Below are positions 26,417-36,690 of a DNA stretch of 64,000 nucleotides, one piece after another (position 1 is the stretch's first letter; the number at the start of each line of letters is the position of its first letter). The DNA is from Elusimicrobiota bacterium. GTDB lineage: Bacteria > Elusimicrobiota > Elusimicrobia > UBA1565. Both the position numbers and the translations under genes were made by a program. The DNA lies in the NCBI GenBank assembly GCA_043819795.1, contig JBDREN010000218.1, positions 36,857 through 100,856 of the forward strand. The letters are read 5' to 3'. The notes beneath the pieces were generated by a model. That model worked only from the letters and a program-made list of their open reading frames with translations, ran no database searches and was not told where the DNA came from.

Positions 26417-27693
26417 GGCGCGCCTTGGGCTCCGGCGCGGTGATTCTAGCCGCGGTCGCGGCCGTAGCCGTAAGCGCTCCCGGCGCGGCACGAGCGGCTT
26501 CGCTCCCGCCCGACCAAGTCCCGTCCCAAGGGGCCGGAGCGGCCGGCCTCTGGGGGGCATCCTTCCGGGCCTCCGGATATCTCAAGAACCTCTACCGCTA
26601 CACCCGCTCCGCGCTGACGGGCGCGCCCTATTGGAGCGATCTCACCCGCGCGCGCCTGAGTCTCGACGCGGAGATGGCGCCGGCCGAGCCCCCGGACGCC
26701 TGGAGCCCGCCGGAGCGATCCCTGCGCGTGCACGTGGACTACGACCATGAGCTGCGCGCGGGTTCGTTCCTTAAATCATCCGACTTCCGCCTTTTCGGCT
26801 TGGGCGAGCCCGAGAGCTACCTGACGATGGAGCAGGCCGTCAGCTCCGGAACGGACGCGCACTACAGGCATTTGTCGTACAGGGGCTGGGTCGAGCTGCG
26901 TAGCGGCCCCTGGAGCGCGCGTTTCGGGCGCCAGCGCGTGGCCTGGGGCGCCGGGAAGATCTGGAACCCCATCGACGTCCTGAACCCGTACCGGCCCACC
27001 TCGCTCGAGCGCGAGGAGCGCCCCGGCGTGGACGCCGCCTTGCTGCGGCGCGGGATCGGGGCGCTGGGGCAGGCCGAGGCTGTCTACGCTCTGGCTGGGC
27101 GCTGGGCCGAGTCGGACCTGCTCGGCCGGGTGCGCGGCAACCCCGGCGGAGTGGACCTCTCTTTGCTGGGGGGGAAAGTGGCCTCCTCCACCGCGAGCTG
27201 GATGTTGGGCGGGGACTTCGCGGCCGACGTGCGCGGAGGGACTTTGCATGGCGAATGGAGCTATACGGACCTGCGCGTGCGCACGCCTTACTGGCGGGCG
27301 CTCTTGGGCTACGAATACTCCTTCGGCGCCGATCCCCCGCTCCGGTGGCTCAAGGACCTCTGGTTCGTGACGGAGGTCCTGCACAACGGTCGCGGCCGGA
27401 CCGAGCCCCGGCGCTACGACTTCACGGCGCTGGCGGGTGGGCGGGAGGTGTCCGTGGCGCGGGACTATTGGGGAGCGGGCCTGCGCAAGGAGCTGCATCC
27501 GCTCGTCCAAGTCGAGCTGTACCACATCCTGAACCTGAACGATGAGAGCCATTTCATCAGCCCCTCGATCAGCTGGAACGCGGTCGGGAACCTGCATCTG
27601 CTCGCGGGCTGGCAGCGCTTCGGGGGCTCGCCCGCCAGCGAGTACGGCCGCCGCGCGAACATCGCGTACGCCCAGGCCCAGTATTTCTTCTAG
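26413..27693 (+). CDS. outer-membrane beta-barrel protein (C-terminal ...AQYFF)
   Basis: GTG start overlapping the ATPase stop. Signal peptide. Alternating amphipathic strands. Terminal aromatic Phe. Confidence 0.6.
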   Translation: MRRALGSGAVILAAVAAVAVSAPGAARAASLPPDQVPSQGAGAAGLWGASFRASGYLKNLYRYTRSALTGAPYWSDLTRARLSLDAEMAPAEPPDAWSPPERSLRVHVDYDHELRAGSFLKSSDFRLFGLGEPESYLTMEQAVSSGTDAHYRHLSYRGWVELRSGPWSARFGRQRVAWGAGKIWNPIDVLNPYRPTSLEREERPGVDAALLRRGIGALGQAEAVYALAGRWAESDLLGRVRGNPGGVDLSLLGGKVASSTASWMLGGDFAADVRGGTLHGEWSYTDLRVRTPYWRALLGYEYSFGADPPLRWLKDLWFVTEVLHNGRGRTEPRRYDFTALAGGREVSVARDYWGAGLRKELHPLVQVELYHILNLNDESHFISPSISWNAVGNLHLLAGWQRFGGSPASEYGRRANIAYAQAQYFF

Positions 27694-28864
27694 AGCGGCC
27701 CGCCCCCTTTGCGCGATGAATCTGCCGACGTTCTGCGGTCCCCCATCCTGCGCCGCATGAACTCTTCCCCGAAGATGCGTCGCGCCTCGCTCTGATTGTG
27801 CTGCCGGCACAATAGTCGCATATTGGCCGGGTCGTCGGACCGTCCGCCCAAGGTCCAAGGAATTACATGGTCGAACTCCAAGCCTCCGCGCGTCTCGCAG
27901 CGTCTGCCGTTCGTTCCAATGAACGCGCAGCGTCCGCCTCCCGCGCCACGACCGCGTCGCGCACGCGGCCGGGGATCCGGCGAGCCGTTTCCCGCCTCGG
28001 GTGCTTCACGACGCTCATTCCGTTCGACATTCCGGTCCCGTTCCTCTTCGCCGGTCCCTTTTTCTCTGGGGATCTGCGCTTCCGCTTGCGTTGGAGGATC
28101 CGCATCGGGTCCTTCTTGTCCAGCAGCGCCGAGAGGGCATCAGTGAATACGTCCTCCAAGTCGCCGTCCGGATATTTGTGCCGCAGGACTTCCTTGGCTC
28201 TGTCGAGTAGAGCCAGTAACTCGCGCCCGCCGGTGAACCGGATCAGACACCGGTCCGGTGAGAGCGGCTCGACCAACGGCTTCGGACCTGGTGCGATCCT
28301 GCCCGGGGGAGGCTCCGGATTCTCACCGCATGTTTCAGCGCCGGGTCCCTCACCATCCGGCGCAAAGAGCGGCGGCGGAGCGTCAGAGCCTGTCTTGGGA
28401 GCAGCCGACGGGGCCGGCAGGCGGCGGACGCAGTCGGGAGCATCCGGCCTCGGCGCCAAGCCGGCCAGGAGGAACTTGAGCTCGCGCGTGCTCTTGCCCT
28501 CCGCCTGCGCGAGGAGCTCCTTGTGATTGTCTTTGTTCAGGTGCGGCGCCAGGATGACGACCGCCGTCAGATCCAGCTTGCCGGATGCGATCCGCGTCAG
28601 GAGAGGCGGCAGCCGACGCGCGAGCCGCGCGGCTACGATGCGCTTGCCGGCCGAACTTTCGGAGTAGCCCAGTTCACGGGTGCAGTACTCGAACAATGTC
28701 GGGAAGCCCTGCCGCTCGTGCAGCCTGCGCCAATCGAACTCGGCCAAGTGCGCAAGCAACACGGCCAGAGATCTTCTCTCTCCCGTCACAAGGAACTTGA
28801 CCCGACGAATCAATTCCTCGTCGGGGATTCCGCTCTTAATGAGTTCTCCAGCCATTACCCGCAA
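27690..28864 (-). pseudogene. DUF222 + HNH endonuclease (13E12-repeat-like), disrupted by a 1-nt frameshift near 27935-27945
   Basis: The N-terminal part (28864..27863) reads ...IPGRVRDAVVARE and then goes out of frame. The adjacent frame continues AGGGRCAFIGTNGRRCETRGGLEFDHVIPWTLGGRSDDPANMRLLCRQHNQ, a canonical HNH motif (track ORF 27690..27881). A lower-GC islet follows at 28865-29265. Confidence 0.6.
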
Positions 28865-29265
28865 GTACGAACGAGCCGCCCGTAGGTTCCCTCAGATTTT
28901 CGGAAAAATAGCGTTGGATTTTCCAGAGCAATTCGCATTCGGCGCCGAATGTAGATTCGGCTGATAATTGCTGGCTAATTTTTTTTGAAATCTGAGCCCG
29001 TCGGGAGGGACCGACTGGGAGGTTCTTGCGGACTTACCGATGCGGCATTATCGCGCCGGGATTGGTGAGGGGGTGTGTTTCGAAGGGCTCCCTGGGGATT
29101 GCCTGTGGGTTCTGACGGCTGTCAACCCATGTTAGGGTTTCGCAAGCTTCCCTCGGTCATAACCTCGAGTAGATGCGTTCGGTGTCTGACACCTCAGACA
29201 AAAGGTGATCGTCGGCCGATGTGCTCGGGGTTCGAGCGCAGACCGGCGGGCCGTGCTGGCGCGCT

Positions 29266-29520
29266 CTACTCCCCCTCTTCTCCCAGCGGTTTTGCGGTCA
29301 GGCGGCCCTTGCCTTCCTTCGTCAGCACCTCGACGCGGTGCTTGACCTCGGTGAGGCGGGTCGTGAGCTGCTTGGCTAGGCCGATGCCGTTCTCGAAGAG
29401 GGCCAGCGATTCCTCCAGGCCCTTCTCCCCGGACTCAAGGTCGTGCACGATGGCCTCCAGGCGCTCGAGCGACTTCTCGAACGCTTCCTTGGGCGCCTTC
29501 TTATTCGCTTTCGCGGTCAT
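29266..29520 (-). CDS. xseB: exodeoxyribonuclease VII small subunit
   Basis: FEKSLERLEAIVHDLESGEKGLEESLALFENGIGLAKQL. Confidence 0.85.
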   Translation of the reverse strand: MTAKANKKAPKEAFEKSLERLEAIVHDLESGEKGLEESLALFENGIGLAKQLTTRLTEVKHRVEVLTKEGKGRLTAKPLGEEGE

Positions 29521-29529
29521 AGCTGCCTC

Positions 29530-30885
29530 CTACCGAACCTGAGCCTCGAACTCTCCGTCGTGCAGGCGGATGTCGATCGTGTCGAAGGTGTTCACCTCCG
29601 ACACCGAGCGGATGACGGTCTTCTTGTCCTTCTTGAAAACGATGGCGTAGCCGCGCGACAGGACGCGCAGGGGGCTGAGGGCGTCGAGCTGGTCCGCCAG
29701 CCGGCGAAGGTCCTTCTCCGCGTGGGCGATGGCGCGCTCCAGCGCCGGCGCGAGACGCCGGAGCGCCTGCGCCATCCGGTCGGCCTTCGCCGCGTAGAGC
29801 CGCGCCGGGTCCGCGAGGGAGGGGGAGCCGGCCGCGCGCGCGAGCCGCTCGGCCAGGCGGCGCGACAGATCGCGCAGCCCCGGCACGAGGCGGCCGGAAA
29901 GCTCGTCGATCCGCTGAGCCTTCTGCTCGAAGATGCGCCGCGGGTCGCGCAGGAAGGGGGAGCGCGTCAGGCTCGCGAGCCGCTCGCCGAGGCGGCCCAG
30001 CGTCCCCGCGAGCGCGGGAATGAGGCGTTGCGCGAGAGTCCCGATCTGGCGCAGGACCGCTTCGCGGTCCGGGACGACCAGCTCAGCGGCCGCCGAGGGC
30101 GTGGGCGCCCGCAGGTCGGCGACGAAGTCGGCGATCGTGAAGTCCGTCTCGTGGCCTACGCAGGAAACGACCGGGATGCGCGAGGCCGCGATGGCCCGGG
30201 CCACGGACTCTTCGTTGAAGGCCCAAAGGTCCTCGAGCGAGCCCCCGCCGCGTCCCACGAGCAGCACGTCGGTGTCGGGGAAATTGCGGTTAAAATCGTC
30301 CACGGCACGCGCGATCATCGGGGCGGCCGCGTCCCCCTGCACCTGGACCGGGTGGATCCGGATGTGGAGGCCCTTGAAGCGGCGCTCGATGACGCTCAGC
30401 ATGTCGCGGATGGCGGCGCCCTGAAGCGAGGTCACGATGCCGACGCGCTCCGGGACGGGGGGGAGCGGCTTCTTCCGGGACTCGTCGAAGAGCCCCTCGG
30501 CCGCGAGCCTGCGCTTGAGCTGCTCGAACGCCAGCTGCAGGGCTCCGGCGGCCTTGGGCTGCATCTGCGTGACGATGAGCTGGTACTGGCCGCGCTTCAT
30601 GTAGGTGGAGACGCGGCCGCGGGCCAAGACCTGCAGGCCGTGCTCCGGCTTGAAGCGCAGGGCGGCGGCCGAGCCCCGGAAGAGCACGGCCGAGACCTGG
30701 GACTCGGGGTCCTTGAGCGTGAAGTAGGTGTGGCCCGACGGATAGGCGCGCGGGTCGGAGATCTCGCCTTCGACCCATACGTCCGCGAAGGAGGACTCCA
30801 GAGCGTCGTGGATGAGCTCGTTGAGCCGGGTGACCGAAAGGACCTTGGCCCGCTCCGCCGGGGTTTCGGCCGTCGTGCCGGTCAT
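29530..30885 (-). CDS. xseA: exodeoxyribonuclease VII large subunit
   Basis: OB-fold N-terminus VLSVTRLNELIHDALESSFADVWVEGEISD. Catalytic core. Confidence 0.85.
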   Translation of the reverse strand: MTGTTAETPAERAKVLSVTRLNELIHDALESSFADVWVEGEISDPRAYPSGHTYFTLKDPESQVSAVLFRGSAAALRFKPEHGLQVLARGRVSTYMKRGQYQLIVTQMQPKAAGALQLAFEQLKRRLAAEGLFDESRKKPLPPVPERVGIVTSLQGAAIRDMLSVIERRFKGLHIRIHPVQVQGDAAAPMIARAVDDFNRNFPDTDVLLVGRGGGSLEDLWAFNEESVARAIAASRIPVVSCVGHETDFTIADFVADLRAPTPSAAAELVVPDREAVLRQIGTLAQRLIPALAGTLGRLGERLASLTRSPFLRDPRRIFEQKAQRIDELSGRLVPGLRDLSRRLAERLARAAGSPSLADPARLYAAKADRMAQALRRLAPALERAIAHAEKDLRRLADQLDALSPLRVLSRGYAIVFKKDKKTVIRSVSEVNTFDTIDIRLHDGEFEAQVR

Positions 30886-32222
30886 TTCCGCGCCTTCGGC
30901 GCTTTCTTGCCAGCGCGCCGGCGCAGCTCCTCGAGGCGCTTGAGGATGCGCGCCTCGTCTCCCTGGCCGTCGGGCTCGTAGAAGCGGACGGGCTCGGGCA
31001 TGTACTGCTGCTCGACGTGGTGGTCCGGGTAGTCGTGGGCGTATTTGTAGCCGGCGCCGTGCCCCCGGCTCTCGGCGTCCAGGTTGGCGTCGCGCAGGTG
31101 CGGCGGCACCTCGCGCTGGGGGCCGCGGCGGACCTCCTCGAGCGCGGCGTCGACCGCCAGGTAGGCGGCGTTCGACTTCGGCGCGCAGGCGATGTAGGTC
31201 ACGGCCTGGGCCAGGGGGATGCGCGCTTCGGGCATCCCGAGGAACTGGACCGCCTCGAAGGCGGCGTTCGCGAGGAGCAGGGCCCGGAAGTCGGCGTTGC
31301 CTACGTCCTCGGCCGCGCAGACGAGGACCCTCCTGGCGACGAAGCGCGGGTCCTCGCCGGCGGCGAGCATCTTCGCCATCCAGTAGAGCGCGGCGTCCGG
31401 GTCCGAGCCCCGCATGGACTTGATGAACGCGGAGATGTGGTCGTAGTGGTCGTCGGACCGCTTGTCGTAGCGGATCGCCCGCTTCTGGATCGACTCCTCC
31501 GCCACCGCCAGAGTGATCGCGCGCCTGCCGTTCTTCCCCGCGGGCGTCGAGAGCACCGCGAGCTCGAGCGCGTTGAGCAGCTTCCGGGCGTCCCCGCCGG
31601 CCATCCGCACGAGATGCTCCCGCGCCGCCGGCGCGACGTCGGCCGGGTGCTCCGCGAGTCCGCGCTCGCGGTCGGCGAGGGCCCGGTCGTGGATGCGGCC
31701 CAGCTCGGCCTCGCCCAGGGGTTGGAACTCGAACGCGGTCGAGCGCGAGAGCAGCGCCGCGTTGACGTAGAACGAGGGGTTCTCGGTCGTCATGCCGATG
31801 AGGATCACGTCGCCGCGCTCGACGGCGGGCAGCAGCACGTCCTGCTGCGACCGGTTGAAGTGGTGGATCTCGTCGACCAGAAGGAGGGTGCGCCGGCCCC
31901 CGGTGGACAGCAGGTATTTCGCGGATTCGATGGCCTTCTTGAGCTCCGCGACCCCGGTCGCCACGGCGTTGAGCTCCTCCACTCGGGAGTCCGCCTTTGC
32001 GGCGATGAAGTGCGCGAGCGCGGTCTTGCCGGTCCCGGGCGGGCCGAAGAATACCGCGGAGCTGACCCGGCCGGTCTCGGCCAGGCGGCGCAGCATCTTC
32101 CCGGGGCCCAGGAGGTGCTCCTGGCCGGCGAACTCCTCGAGGGTCCGGGGGGCCAGGCGGGCCGCGAGCGGCCGCGCCTTGAGAGGGGCTTCGGATCGGA
32201 AAAGGCCGGGGTTCTCGGTCAA
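30882..32222 (-). CDS. rarA: replication-associated recombination protein A (AAA+ ATPase)
   Basis: GPPGTGKT Walker A. DEIHHFN. MgsA C-terminal domain. Confidence 0.85.
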   Translation of the reverse strand: MTENPGLFRSEAPLKARPLAARLAPRTLEEFAGQEHLLGPGKMLRRLAETGRVSSAVFFGPPGTGKTALAHFIAAKADSRVEELNAVATGVAELKKAIESAKYLLSTGGRRTLLLVDEIHHFNRSQQDVLLPAVERGDVILIGMTTENPSFYVNAALLSRSTAFEFQPLGEAELGRIHDRALADRERGLAEHPADVAPAAREHLVRMAGGDARKLLNALELAVLSTPAGKNGRRAITLAVAEESIQKRAIRYDKRSDDHYDHISAFIKSMRGSDPDAALYWMAKMLAAGEDPRFVARRVLVCAAEDVGNADFRALLLANAAFEAVQFLGMPEARIPLAQAVTYIACAPKSNAAYLAVDAALEEVRRGPQREVPPHLRDANLDAESRGHGAGYKYAHDYPDHHVEQQYMPEPVRFYEPDGQGDEARILKRLEELRRRAGKKAPKARK

Positions 32223-32518
32223 GTGCCGTCCGGCTCCGCGGATTTCTCGAGGGCCACGATCATGCCGTCTATCCTGCGCTCCTCGATCCGGTCGAAGTCC
32301 TCCATCCGGGTCTTGACCCGCTGGAGCTCGGCCGCGATCTCGATGGCCGTTAGGAGCGCCAGCTTCGAGGTGTCGACGACCTTGGAGTCCTTCGCGATCT
32401 CCCGCATGCGCCCGTCGACGTAGTTGGCGATCGAGCTGACCTCGAGCTGGTTGAATCCCTCCAGCTCGATGGTCAGCTTCCGCCCGTAGATCTCGACGTC
32501 GGTCTTGTCCTCGATCAT
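32219..32518 (-). CDS. zapA: cell division protein ZapA
   Basis: 99 aa. VEIYGRKLTIELEG ... ANYVDGRMREI, typical ZapA. Confidence 0.7.
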   Translation of the reverse strand: MIEDKTDVEIYGRKLTIELEGFNQLEVSSIANYVDGRMREIAKDSKVVDTSKLALLTAIEIAAELQRVKTRMEDFDRIEERRIDGMIVALEKSAEPDGT

Positions 32519-32781
32519 TCGGCGATATCCAGCACCTTGTCGAGCTTCCTCGCCGCGCGCTCGAGCCGGGTGCGGATCTGCTCCTGGCGCTGACTGAGGC
32601 TCTTGAAGCGCCGGAACTGCAGCTCGAGGCGGCCGTTCTCCTCCATCAGCTGGCCGACCTCCGCGCGGAGCCGCGCGTTCCGGCCGCTGAGGTCTTTGAT
32701 GCGCCGCGCCGCCTCGCGGACCAGCGACTCGAGCCTGTCGAGGCGTTGCTTGCGCATCACCCGCGCAGCGCCGCCCCGCAC
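32515..32781 (-). CDS. small coiled-coil protein (ZapB-like?)
   Basis: 88 aa, heptad-rich. Sits between zapA and pheT. Confidence 0.4.
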   Translation of the reverse strand: MRGGAARVMRKQRLDRLESLVREAARRIKDLSGRNARLRAEVGQLMEENGRLELQFRRFKSLSQRQEQIRTRLERAARKLDKVLDIAE

Positions 32782-35213
32782 TCCGCTCGCAGGGCGGACA
32801 GGATGCGGTCGACGGCCGCTTGGATCTCCGCGTCGCGCAGCGTCCGGTCCGCGCGGGAGAACGTGATGCGCAAGGTCAGGCTCTTCTTGCCGGGCTCGAC
32901 GCTATCGCCGGTGAAGACGTCGATGAGCTCCAGTCGCCGCAGCTCCGCCAGGTCCAGGCGGCGCACGCAGGCCGCGACGGCCTCGAACGCGAGATTCTCG
33001 CCGACGACGACCGAGAGGTCCCGGCCGGAGGTGGGGAACGCCGAGAACGGCCTGAAGCCGGCCGCGCGGACGTCCGCCCCGGAGAGGAGTCCGGCGTCGA
33101 GCTCGAACGCCGCGACCTCCCGCGACCGCCCGGCCGGGGCCGTGCCGAGGCCCGGCACGCCCTTGGGCGCGAGGTCCCAGCGCTTGACGAGGTCGGGGTG
33201 AAGCAGCCCCGCGCGGCCGCAGACCCGCGGCGGCTGCTTGCCGTGGGGGTCGTCCAGGAGCAGCTCGAGATGCATCCTGGGATGGAAGACGCCGTCCGGC
33301 GCCGAGGAAGCGCGCCAGCCGACGCGGTAGCCGCGGAGCGCCGTCTCGACCATCCCCTTGATGTCGAAGAAGTCGGGAGCCTCTCCGCCGCGCTTCCAGT
33401 GGGCCCGGACCGGATACGCTCCGGCCATGATGCCGGCCGCGCGCGTCCGCTCGTCTATCCCGGCGCCTTGTTTCGCGTAGACCCTGCCGATCTCGAAGAG
33501 ACGCAGCCCCGCAGCCCCCCGGTTGAAGTTGAGGGCCGCGTTGCGCAGCAGGCCGATGAGCAGGCTGGGGCGAAGCACCGCCCACTCCTCGGAGATCGGG
33601 TTCAAGAGGCGAGGGTGATCGTCCCGGCCCGCCGCCCGGCCCAGGAACCGCTCGAGCTCGGCCTCGGATACGAAGTCGTAGTTGCATGCCTCCCAGAAGC
33701 CCAGGCCGCCGAGCCGTCCGCGCAGGAGCCCGGCGCAGTCGTTGAGCGGGAGGGTCTCGGGCTCCGGTATGCGCACGGGGCTCGTCTCGTAGGGGATCGC
33801 GCCGTAGCCTAGATGCCGGGCGGCCTCCTCGGCCAGGTCCCACTCCGTCGTCAAGTCGTGGCGGTACGACGGGGGCGCGACCGCGAGCCCATCGGGCGAG
33901 CGCTCGCAACGGGCGCTCAGACGGTCCAGGACGCCCTCGACGCGGCCGGCGGGGTAGTCCGCGCCGAGTATCTCGTTGACGCGCCGGGCCGAGACCCGGA
34001 TAAGGCTCCTCTCCGGCGGCGACGGGTTCGTGTCGGCCGGCGCGCCCGCCGCGCCTCCCGCGAGGCTCACGATGAGCGACGCCGCGCGCGCGGCCGCCGC
34101 CGGGATCCCCCCGATATCGGCGCCGCGCTCGAAGCGGTATGAGGAGTCGGTCCGGACGCCCAGCAGGCGCGCGCTCCGCCGCACGCGTCCCGGCCGGAAA
34201 TAGGCGCATTCCAGGAAGACGCGGCGCGTCGCTTGGGTCACGCCGGTGGCCTCTCCTCCGATGACCCCGGCCACGGCCACGGTCCGTTCCGCGTCGGCGA
34301 TGACGAGGTTCTCCGTGGACAGGGCGTACTCCTTGCCGTCGAGCGCCCGGATCTTCTCGCCCGCCCGCGCCGACCGGACGTCGATGCGCCCTCCCTTCAG
34401 GAGGTCGGCGTCGAAGGCGTGCAGGGGCTGCCCGGACTCGAAGAGCACGTAGTTGGTGATGTCGGCGATGTTGTTGATCGGCCTGAGCCCCACCGCCTCG
34501 AGCCGCTTGGCGAGCCATGACGGGGAAGGAGCGATGCGGACATCCTCGATCAGCCGTCCCTGGTAGCGGGGGCATTCCGCGGGATCGGACACGAAGATCG
34601 GGAGGGACTCCGGCCCCCCTTCATCGAACGGCGCGGCTTTCAGCGGCGTCAGCGGCAGGTCGAAATAGACGCAGAGCTCGCGGGCCAGGCCCAGATGGGA
34701 GAGGCAATCCGGGCGGTTGGGCGTGATGTCCACGTCGAGCACGGCGTCCGCCTCCCCCGCGACGGAGCGGAAGTCGGCGCCAAGCGCGCAGTCTTGGGGC
34801 AGGACGTGGATGCCGTTGATATGAGTCTCTTCCGCCAGCCCAAGCTCCTTGGCCGAGCAGATCATGCCCTGGGAGACCGCGCCGCGTATCTTGGCCTTCT
34901 TGACCTTGAGGCCGCCCCGCAGCTTGGCGCCCACGGGAGCGAGGGGGACCCGCTGGCCGGCCGCGACGTTCGGCGCGCCGCAGACCACGGCGAACTTCCG
35001 GTCTCCGACGGAGACCTCGCAGAGGGAGAGCCGGTCCGCGTTCGGGTGCTTCTCGACCGTCAGGACTTCGCCGACCACGACGCCGGTGAAGTCGGGGCCG
35101 ATGCGGGTGATATCTTCCACCTCGAAGCCGATCAGGAGCAGGTGCTCGGCGAGCTCCTCCGGCGGGATCTCGAGGGGGATGAAATCCTTGAGCCAGCTGT
35201 AGGAGATCTTCAC
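32757..35213 (-). CDS. pheT: phenylalanine--tRNA ligase beta subunit
   Basis: VKISYSWLKDFIPLEIPPEELAEHLLLIGFEVE... GTG start at 35213. The track ORF over-extends to 35447. Confidence 0.85.
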   Translation of the reverse strand: MKISYSWLKDFIPLEIPPEELAEHLLLIGFEVEDITRIGPDFTGVVVGEVLTVEKHPNADRLSLCEVSVGDRKFAVVCGAPNVAAGQRVPLAPVGAKLRGGLKVKKAKIRGAVSQGMICSAKELGLAEETHINGIHVLPQDCALGADFRSVAGEADAVLDVDITPNRPDCLSHLGLARELCVYFDLPLTPLKAAPFDEGGPESLPIFVSDPAECPRYQGRLIEDVRIAPSPSWLAKRLEAVGLRPINNIADITNYVLFESGQPLHAFDADLLKGGRIDVRSARAGEKIRALDGKEYALSTENLVIADAERTVAVAGVIGGEATGVTQATRRVFLECAYFRPGRVRRSARLLGVRTDSSYRFERGADIGGIPAAAARAASLIVSLAGGAAGAPADTNPSPPERSLIRVSARRVNEILGADYPAGRVEGVLDRLSARCERSPDGLAVAPPSYRHDLTTEWDLAEEAARHLGYGAIPYETSPVRIPEPETLPLNDCAGLLRGRLGGLGFWEACNYDFVSEAELERFLGRAAGRDDHPRLLNPISEEWAVLRPSLLIGLLRNAALNFNRGAAGLRLFEIGRVYAKQGAGIDERTRAAGIMAGAYPVRAHWKRGGEAPDFFDIKGMVETALRGYRVGWRASSAPDGVFHPRMHLELLLDDPHGKQPPRVCGRAGLLHPDLVKRWDLAPKGVPGLGTAPAGRSREVAAFELDAGLLSGADVRAAGFRPFSAFPTSGRDLSVVVGENLAFEAVAACVRRLDLAELRRLELIDVFTGDSVEPGKKSLTLRITFSRADRTLRDAEIQAAVDRILSALRAECGAALRG

Positions 35214-36286
35214 TGGAACTGCTCCAGAAAGCGCAGGTCGTTCTCGTAGAACATGCGGATGTCGGGGATGCCGAACAGGAGCATAGCGATGCGCTCCACG
35301 CCGATCCCGAACGCGAAGCCGGACCAGACCTCGGGATCGCAGCCCACGCCGCGCAGCACGTTGGGGTGGACGAGCCCGGCGCCCAGCATCTCGAGCCAGC
35401 CCGCCTGCTGGCAGGCGGGGCAGCCCGAGCCTCCGCAAAGCAGGCAATGCACGTCGACCTCGGCGGAAGGCTCGGTGAAGGGAAAGTACGAGGGGCGGAA
35501 GCGCGTCTTGGTCCCGGAGCCGAGGAGCTCCCTCAGGAACGTCTGCAGGGTGCCCTTGAGGTCGGCCATCGTCACCGATTTGGCGACGTAGAGGCCCTCG
35601 ACCTGGTGGAAGACCGCCGAGTGGCTGGCGTCAACGGCCTCGTGGCGGAAGACCCTGCCGGGGGCCATGATGTGGACGGGCGGCGGATGCTTCTCCATGT
35701 ATCGGATCTGCACCGGGCTCGTGTGCGTCCGCATCAGCAGCGTCGTTTCAAGGCCCTCGGCGCCCCCGCCGCCGTTCGCCAGGTAGAGAGTGTCCTGCAT
35801 GTCCCGGGCGGGATGGTCGGCCGGGATGTTGAGGGCCTCGAAGTTGTAGCGCTCGGTCTCGACGAGCGGGCCGTCGGCGCGGGTGAACCCGAGCTTCGCG
35901 AGGATGCCGGCCATGCGGTCGATCGTCTGGGTGATCGGATGGCGCCGGCCGCTCGGCAGGGGCGTCGCGGGCAGCGTGAGGTCCACGCGGGTCTTCTCGA
36001 GCTCCGCCTCGGTCCGGGAGCGGTCCAGATCGCCGCGCCGAGTCTCCAGGGCCCGCTGGACGGAGGTCTTGAGGGCGTTGGCCTCGGGTCCCAGCCGGCG
36101 GCGCTCCTCCAGGGGGAGGTCCTTGAGACCCTTGAGCAGGAAGGTGAGCCGCCCCTTGCGGCCGAGCAGGCCGACCCTCAGGCGCTCGAGCTCATCGAGG
36201 GTCTTCGCCGCGGAGACCGACTCCAGCGCCGAACGGGAGAGCTCCCGCCAACGCTCCTGCCAGTCTTCATGGGGACGTGTCGCCAT
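35210..36286 (-). CDS. pheS: phenylalanine--tRNA ligase alpha subunit
   Basis: Class II aaRS motifs (FRPSYFPFTEPSAEVDV; GWLEMLGAGLVHPNVL). Confidence 0.9.
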   Translation of the reverse strand: MATRPHEDWQERWRELSRSALESVSAAKTLDELERLRVGLLGRKGRLTFLLKGLKDLPLEERRRLGPEANALKTSVQRALETRRGDLDRSRTEAELEKTRVDLTLPATPLPSGRRHPITQTIDRMAGILAKLGFTRADGPLVETERYNFEALNIPADHPARDMQDTLYLANGGGGAEGLETTLLMRTHTSPVQIRYMEKHPPPVHIMAPGRVFRHEAVDASHSAVFHQVEGLYVAKSVTMADLKGTLQTFLRELLGSGTKTRFRPSYFPFTEPSAEVDVHCLLCGGSGCPACQQAGWLEMLGAGLVHPNVLRGVGCDPEVWSGFAFGIGVERIAMLLFGIPDIRMFYENDLRFLEQFQ

Positions 36287-36332
36287 CGACGGACTCCGGG
36301 ACCGCTGCGGCCGGAAGCCGGCGCAGCGGGGT

Positions 36333-36680
36333 TCAGGCCGCGCGGGATAGGGAGACGATCTTCTTGAAGGAAGCGGCGTCCCGCAGGGCCATCTCGGCCA
36401 GCATCTTCCGGTTCAGGCCGATGCCGGCCTTCTTGAGGCCGGCGATGAAGCGCCCGTAGGTCACGTTCTCTTCGCGGCAGGCCGCGTTGATGCGCGTGAT
36501 CCAGAGGGATCGCATGTCCCCTTTCCTGTCTTTGCGTCCCGCATAGGCGTAGTCGAGGGATTTCTCCACGTGCTGGCGCACGTGGCGCCATCTCTTGCCT
36601 CGCGACGCGTACGAGCCTTTCGCGGCTTTGAAGTACTTCTTCTTGCGCTTTCTACTCGTGACTCCAGCTTTGATTCTCAT
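36333..36680 (-). CDS. rplT: 50S ribosomal protein L20
   Basis: MRIKAGVTSRKRKKKYFKAAKGSYASRGK. Confidence 0.9.
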   Translation of the reverse strand: MRIKAGVTSRKRKKKYFKAAKGSYASRGKRWRHVRQHVEKSLDYAYAGRKDRKGDMRSLWITRINAACREENVTYGRFIAGLKKAGIGLNRKMLAEMALRDAASFKKIVSLSRAA

Positions 36681-36690
36681 GGGCGATCCG

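Noticed and set aside
25738-27693. 651-aa ORF spanning the ABC ATPase and OM protein genes
   Set aside because: Its first 225 codons overlap the ABC ATPase in another frame. The real OM gene starts at GTG 26413.
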